64,000 bases of DNA from Candidatus Micrarchaeaceae archaeon (lineage in GTDB: Archaea > Micrarchaeota > Micrarchaeia > Micrarchaeales > Micrarchaeaceae): assembly GCA_050013715.1 (NCBI GenBank), contig JBEKES010000001.1, forward strand, positions 1 through 64,000. The letters run 5' to 3'. The translations under genes and the position numbers were made by a program. The notes under the pieces are model-generated. The model searched no databases, was not told the origin of the DNA, and worked only from the letters and a program-made list of their open reading frames with translations. This document shows, piece after piece, positions 59,624 through 64,000 of this stretch; positions within the stretch are counted from its first letter, which is position 1, and each line of letters starts with the position of its first letter.

Positions 59624-60574
59624 ATGGCTAAGGAAAAAGCAATAAAAGAATTAGAGGACTTGCCAGGCATAGGTCCGATAGCAGCAGAAAAGCTGAAAAC
59701 TGCTGGAATAGATTCACTGGACAAGGTTGCTACGCTTGCACCCCATGACCTGAAGGAAATGACGGGAATAAGCGTAGATGCGGCAAAAGGGGCAATACAA
59801 GCAGCTAGGGAGTCAACAACAGTGGATTATCAAACAGGAAGCGATGTCTACAAGAAAAGAAAGGATGTTGGGAAAATAAGTACTGGATCAAAGGAACTTG
59901 ACGAGCTTATTGGAGGTGGATTAGAGACATGCTCAATTACTGAAACCTATGGCAGATTCGCAAGCGGGAAATCTCAAATTGGATTTCAAGTAAGCGTTGA
60001 TGTCCAATTGCCAAAGGAGAAGGGCGGATTAGATGGTAATGTACTATTCCTTGACTGCGAAGGTACATTCAGACCAGAAAGGATAGAATCCATAGCAAAG
60101 GCAAAAGGATTAGACCCAGAAAAAACACTGGAAAACATATTCGTAATAAGAGTTACAACAACAGAACAGCAGGTTCTAACTTTGGAACGTGCAGACAAGC
60201 TGATACAGGAAAAGAACATAAAATTAATAGTTGTGGATTCGCTTACTGCATTATTCAGATCTGAATTCATAGGAAGAGGTGCACTGGGTGAAAGGCAGCA
60301 GAAGCTGAACCAGCATATTCATAGATTGCAGATACTTGCCGATAAATATAATCTTGCAGTTTACATAACCAATCAGGTAATGGACAATCCTGGAATATTG
60401 TTTGGGGATCCTACCACTCCAATAGGAGGAAATGTGCTTGCACATGCTGCAACCACAAGACTATACCTAAAAAAGAGCAAGGAAGACAAAAGAATTGCAA
60501 GGCTTGTGGATTCGCCAAACATGCCTGAAGGCGAAGTAGTAATCAAGATAACACCTAACGGGATAAAAGACTGA
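59624..60574 (+). CDS. radA: DNA recombination/repair protein RadA
   Basis: N-terminal HhH, GRFASGKSQ, EGTFRPER, VDSL, RQQKL, TNQV and ARLVDSP. Confidence 0.97.
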   Translation: MAKEKAIKELEDLPGIGPIAAEKLKTAGIDSLDKVATLAPHDLKEMTGISVDAAKGAIQAARESTTVDYQTGSDVYKKRKDVGKISTGSKELDELIGGGLETCSITETYGRFASGKSQIGFQVSVDVQLPKEKGGLDGNVLFLDCEGTFRPERIESIAKAKGLDPEKTLENIFVIRVTTTEQQVLTLERADKLIQEKNIKLIVVDSLTALFRSEFIGRGALGERQQKLNQHIHRLQILADKYNLAVYITNQVMDNPGILFGDPTTPIGGNVLAHAATTRLYLKKSKEDKRIARLVDSPNMPEGEVVIKITPNGIKD

Positions 60575-60578
60575 TAAA

Positions 60579-61343
60579 ATGCTTTTTCTAGTTGGACTCG
60601 GGCTTTCTGAAAAAGAAATCCCGATTGGAGCAATAGATGTTTGCAAAAAGTGCGACCTTTTCATAGATAGGTACACAAGTAAAATAAGCATAAGCACAAC
60701 AAACAAGATAAAAGAATTGACAAACAAAGAAATTCAAGTGCTATCAAGACAGGAAATGGAAGAAGGCGCAAAAACAATTATAAAAAACGCATCAGCAAAA
60801 GATGTAGCAATACTCTTCGGAGGAGATCCGCTTATAGCAACTACGCACAAAATATTCTACATAGAAGCGAAGAAGCAGGGTGTGAAAATAGAAACAATAC
60901 ATGCAAATTCGATAATAACTGCAGTAATAGGCGAGAGCGGACTTGACTTCTACAGATTCGGGAAGACGTGCACCATACCGAGATGGAGCGAACATTATTC
61001 CCCAATATCTTTCTACGAGAAGATAGAAACAAACGTGAGAAACAAGGAGCATTCGATTCTTCTGCTGGATTACGACCAAAATTCAGAATCAACGCTAAGC
61101 GTAAAAGAGGCATTGGTTTCACTGGGAATGGCAGAAGAGAAATACAAAAAGGGAATAATAGCAAACTCAACAAAAATAATGATAATGCACAACATTTCAC
61201 TGGAAGACCAGAAAATAATATTCACAACAATAGAAAAGGCATCAACAACGGATTTCGACGACGGTGTAAACGTGCTCATACTGCCGGCAGAGCTTACGGA
61301 AATAGAAAAGGAAACTGTTGATTCAATTGCAAAGGTAATATGA
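60579..61343 (+). CDS. dph5: diphthine synthase
   Basis: LVGLGL, GDPLIATTH, SGLDFYRFGKT.TIP and HSILLLD. Confidence 0.92.
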   Translation: MLFLVGLGLSEKEIPIGAIDVCKKCDLFIDRYTSKISISTTNKIKELTNKEIQVLSRQEMEEGAKTIIKNASAKDVAILFGGDPLIATTHKIFYIEAKKQGVKIETIHANSIITAVIGESGLDFYRFGKTCTIPRWSEHYSPISFYEKIETNVRNKEHSILLLDYDQNSESTLSVKEALVSLGMAEEKYKKGIIANSTKIMIMHNISLEDQKIIFTTIEKASTTDFDDGVNVLILPAELTEIEKETVDSIAKVI

Positions 61344-62513
61344 ATGACATTGCTGACAATTTTTGACAAGAGTGCTAAGAAAGCCTATGTAATCGACCAA
61401 TCATCTAAGGACATACTCAAGGGAAGCTTTTTCGGAACCATGGAAAAGGACAGGTTAATGTTGAAGATAGAGGAGCTTCTTTATTTAATAGATGCAAGGC
61501 GCGCAAAATGCGTATCGCAGAATGACGAAGAGCTTACTTTCAATGACGTTGCGTTAGCATTTACCACAAACAAGAAGTTCATGGCAAGGTATTTCACATA
61601 CAAGGACTGGAGGGACCGCGGATTGATAATAAAAGAGCCTGACAACTCTTCAAAGGAAAGCGGCAAATCACAAACACAAATTAAAAAATATAATTCCCAG
61701 CAACTTAAGCTCAAGAATTATAATCTCAACGGAATATTCTTCACAGAGGATCTTACTACCGTAGTTGATAATGAGCAAAAGGGAAAAGAATTATACAACG
61801 ATCATTGGTTTGGGCAGTACGGAACCTATAAGGTAAAAGAGCATGGGCAGCTCAACAAGCTTGACATTTACGAGACGTTATTCCTGATAAACAACAACGT
61901 ATTAAAAGTTTCAAACTTCACAAAAAAGCAAATAATTGAAATCGCAAGCAAAAGGCGCTCTGACTTCTACAAGCTTTATGAAGTTTACGAAGACTGGAGA
62001 ATCAAAGGATATGTGATAAAAACAGGATTCAAATTTGGAACGCATTTCAGGGTGTATTTTCCAGGAGCGCAGCCGAACAAGACAGACAACTCATGGATAC
62101 ACTCAATGCATGTCATACATGTATTTCCAAGAGACACAAAATTGCTCATATCGGAATGGGCGCGTGTAATAAGAGTGGCACATTCCGTAAGAAAGACATT
62201 CATACTTGCAATACCTGGAAAGACAAGAAAGAAAAGGCTAGCAATTGATTTTGTTCTTTATCATAGGAAGAACAACGAGATAGAAAACCCCGATAAGATA
62301 AAGCCACGATTTGGAATGCTTTCACTGAGCGAAGAGGAATATCTTGGGGGAAGTGAATTATCTGCCATAATAAATGAGGCGAAATCAAACAGGCAAGAGT
62401 TAATAATCGCAATAGCTGACAGGGAAACTGCTGTTACCTATTACAAGGTAAAAAGAATAGAACTTCAGGGCAGCGATTATGAATACTATGAAATAGACTG
62501 GCTGCAGCCTTAA
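61344..62513 (+). CDS. endA: tRNA splicing endonuclease, three-unit epsilon2 type
   Basis: 389 aa; YKDWRDRG, GTYKVKEH loop, KTGFKFGTHFRVY, HS, RVAHSVRK and DRETAVTYY. Confidence 0.9.
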   Translation: MTLLTIFDKSAKKAYVIDQSSKDILKGSFFGTMEKDRLMLKIEELLYLIDARRAKCVSQNDEELTFNDVALAFTTNKKFMARYFTYKDWRDRGLIIKEPDNSSKESGKSQTQIKKYNSQQLKLKNYNLNGIFFTEDLTTVVDNEQKGKELYNDHWFGQYGTYKVKEHGQLNKLDIYETLFLINNNVLKVSNFTKKQIIEIASKRRSDFYKLYEVYEDWRIKGYVIKTGFKFGTHFRVYFPGAQPNKTDNSWIHSMHVIHVFPRDTKLLISEWARVIRVAHSVRKTFILAIPGKTRKKRLAIDFVLYHRKNNEIENPDKIKPRFGMLSLSEEEYLGGSELSAIINEAKSNRQELIIAIADRETAVTYYKVKRIELQGSDYEYYEIDWLQP

Positions 62514-63397
62514 TAGTCATACAACTCTATCTTTGCTTTAAATGTCTCTTTATCTCCTTTACGCATGAGTTTTCTGTAATCATCACGTTTTAAAATATTA
62601 ACACCACCTCCTCTTTTTCCCTTTGAAAGCGAGACATTGCTTATCGGTTCTAATCCAAGAAGGCCATCTCCACTATTCCATACCTGAATTCCCCAGGGAA
62701 AATCGTGCTCAAGCGACAGCCTAAAATCACAAGTACTATAATACATTATATTTGCATTTTTGTAAAGCTGCACGTCTCCGTTTTGTGTTCTTATATCCTC
62801 AAGATGTGCTGCATATACAATGGAATTATGTCTAGGACCGCCAAAACTATCAATCGAAGCACCTTCATATGCCTTAAATGTCGGGTGCCATCCTACAGCA
62901 TAGGGCAAAACATCATCGGATCTGTTTTCTATTTCTAATGTGAAAAAAAGCTGGCTTCTGCCCTCATCATTATCATCTATGCAATAAGTTTTTGTTAATT
63001 TATAGGATAAAGGAAAAACAGAAATCATACTCTTTCCTGGCACTCCAGTAAATGCATCATATGTTTGTGTTGCCACAACCTGCGTGTCAGTTGCACTTTC
63101 TATATCCCAGTGCACATGCCTCGCGATACCGTGTTTTCCCATGGTAAAACGCCGATCTCCTAAAACGAGACTATCTTTGATTCCTTTATCGTCAATTGCC
63201 TGTCCCACGATGGGAAACATTACGAATTCACTAAATTTACGCCCCTCTTTTGGACGAAGCTCAGCTGGTGCTCCTCCTTCCCACATGACATTCAAATCAG
63301 ATCTTGCAAAAGAAAATAACTCTCCTGTTTCACTGTTTATCGCTGCGCTTGTGTATCTCTTGCCTAAATTAATAACGGAACTCTTTTCAGCCAACAT
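62510..63397 (-). CDS. aldose 1-epimerase/galactose mutarotase-like protein
   Basis: MFPIVG, HGIAR, GWHPTF and GLEP motifs. Confidence 0.8.
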   Translation of the reverse strand: MLAEKSSVINLGKRYTSAAINSETGELFSFARSDLNVMWEGGAPAELRPKEGRKFSEFVMFPIVGQAIDDKGIKDSLVLGDRRFTMGKHGIARHVHWDIESATDTQVVATQTYDAFTGVPGKSMISVFPLSYKLTKTYCIDDNDEGRSQLFFTLEIENRSDDVLPYAVGWHPTFKAYEGASIDSFGGPRHNSIVYAAHLEDIRTQNGDVQLYKNANIMYYSTCDFRLSLEHDFPWGIQVWNSGDGLLGLEPISNVSLSKGKRGGGVNILKRDDYRKLMRKGDKETFKAKIELYDY

Positions 63398-63509
63398 CTA
63401 CTTCGAAAGTAATCTATTGTGGGAAATACTTATAAGTTCCCATTAGCACAGCAAAAGCACAGTTTTATAAAATATTACGTAAATTATATTGCTATACTAT
63501 TGTGATCGA

Positions 63510-64000
63510 TTGCCGCAAAATCAGGATTTGTATTCAAAATACGGTGCAAAACTGTTTGTTGTTTCGGTAATTATCTTCATTGCAGCTATGGTAATAGCCC
63601 AAAGCAGCTACCCCTGCATGAAATCCGTATGCTACAACATTGGAACCAATCCGATAAGTGATCTGGGAAACACACTAACATCTCCAGCGTGGCCAATATT
63701 CAATTATGGGTTAATAATTTTCGGAACACTACTTTTTGCAGGATTGCTGTTTCTGAAAGACACCTTTCCAAAAGGTGTTATGGGCAGAGCAGGACTTATC
63801 TTCCTTATACTAAGCGCATTCGGTGCAATGGGTGTAGGCACTGTGCCTGAAAACACAATACTTGCAATACATTCGTTGTTTGCTTTGATTTCATTCATGG
63901 CAGGAGGCCTTGGCGTATTATTGATCGGATTGTCAATCAAATCAGGCAATAAATTAAATGTCTATAAAGCATACACAATAATCTCTGGAATTATAACCCT
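63510..64000 (+). CDS. DUF998 family membrane protein, runs off window
   Basis: TTG after GTGAT; N.ISDLG, FNYG, GVGTVPE..H motifs; multi-TM; no stop before the window end. Confidence 0.75.
   Translation, partial: MPQNQDLYSKYGAKLFVVSVIIFIAAMVIAQSSYPCMKSVCYNIGTNPISDLGNTLTSPAWPIFNYGLIIFGTLLFAGLLFLKDTFPKGVMGRAGLIFLILSAFGAMGVGTVPENTILAIHSLFALISFMAGGLGVLLIGLSIKSGNKLNVYKAYTIISGIIT

Noticed and set aside
1..64000. CRISPR array or cas genes
   Set aside because: No regularly spaced repeat-spacer array and no Cas motifs seen
1..64000. Numerous antisense or overlapping ORFs in the track (e.g. 6731-7198, 9906-10355, 45524-45964, 54170-54691, 55703-56212)
   Set aside because: Shadow frames of well-supported genes, with no motifs or RBS

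Overview
Archaeal chromosomal window, most likely Micrarchaeota (DPANN, ARMAN-like). This is inferred from a ~390-aa three-unit (epsilon2-type) tRNA splicing endonuclease with the ARMAN-type GTYKVxEH loop, an intron-containing tRNA-Ile(UAU), GTGAT-type ribosome binding sites and archaeal information genes. Housekeeping blocks include PolB, PCNA, GINS, RadA, TFE, aIF2-alpha, the uL3-uS3 ribosomal cluster, eL15, eL42/L44e, eS26, AglB, MAP, Dph5, EndA and three tRNAs (Ile-UAU with intron, initiator Met, Gly-CCC with intron). These blocks are interleaved with many orphan genes. Main observations: (1) a fixed-spacing promoter motif TATAWRTAT-N7-AAYAGAK in front of six dispersed accessory genes, a candidate regulon; (2) a five-gene operon holding three tandem paralogs of an unrecognised family, beside an ankyrin-like repeat protein; (3) a Tes/GDGT-MAS-like tetraether lipid synthase with a Cys/Gly-rich tail; (4) a class Ic-type (Phe at the radical Tyr site) ribonucleotide reductase; (5) a free-standing HTH-LAGLIDADG endonuclease whose stop codon lies inside tRNA-Gly; (6) a degenerate duplication of the tRNA-Ile 3' end flanking one orphan gene; (7) a purB with no canonical start upstream of its conserved N-terminal motif. 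No CRISPR array, rRNA, integrase or transposase was seen. All calls come from reading motifs by eye, and no database searches were run.
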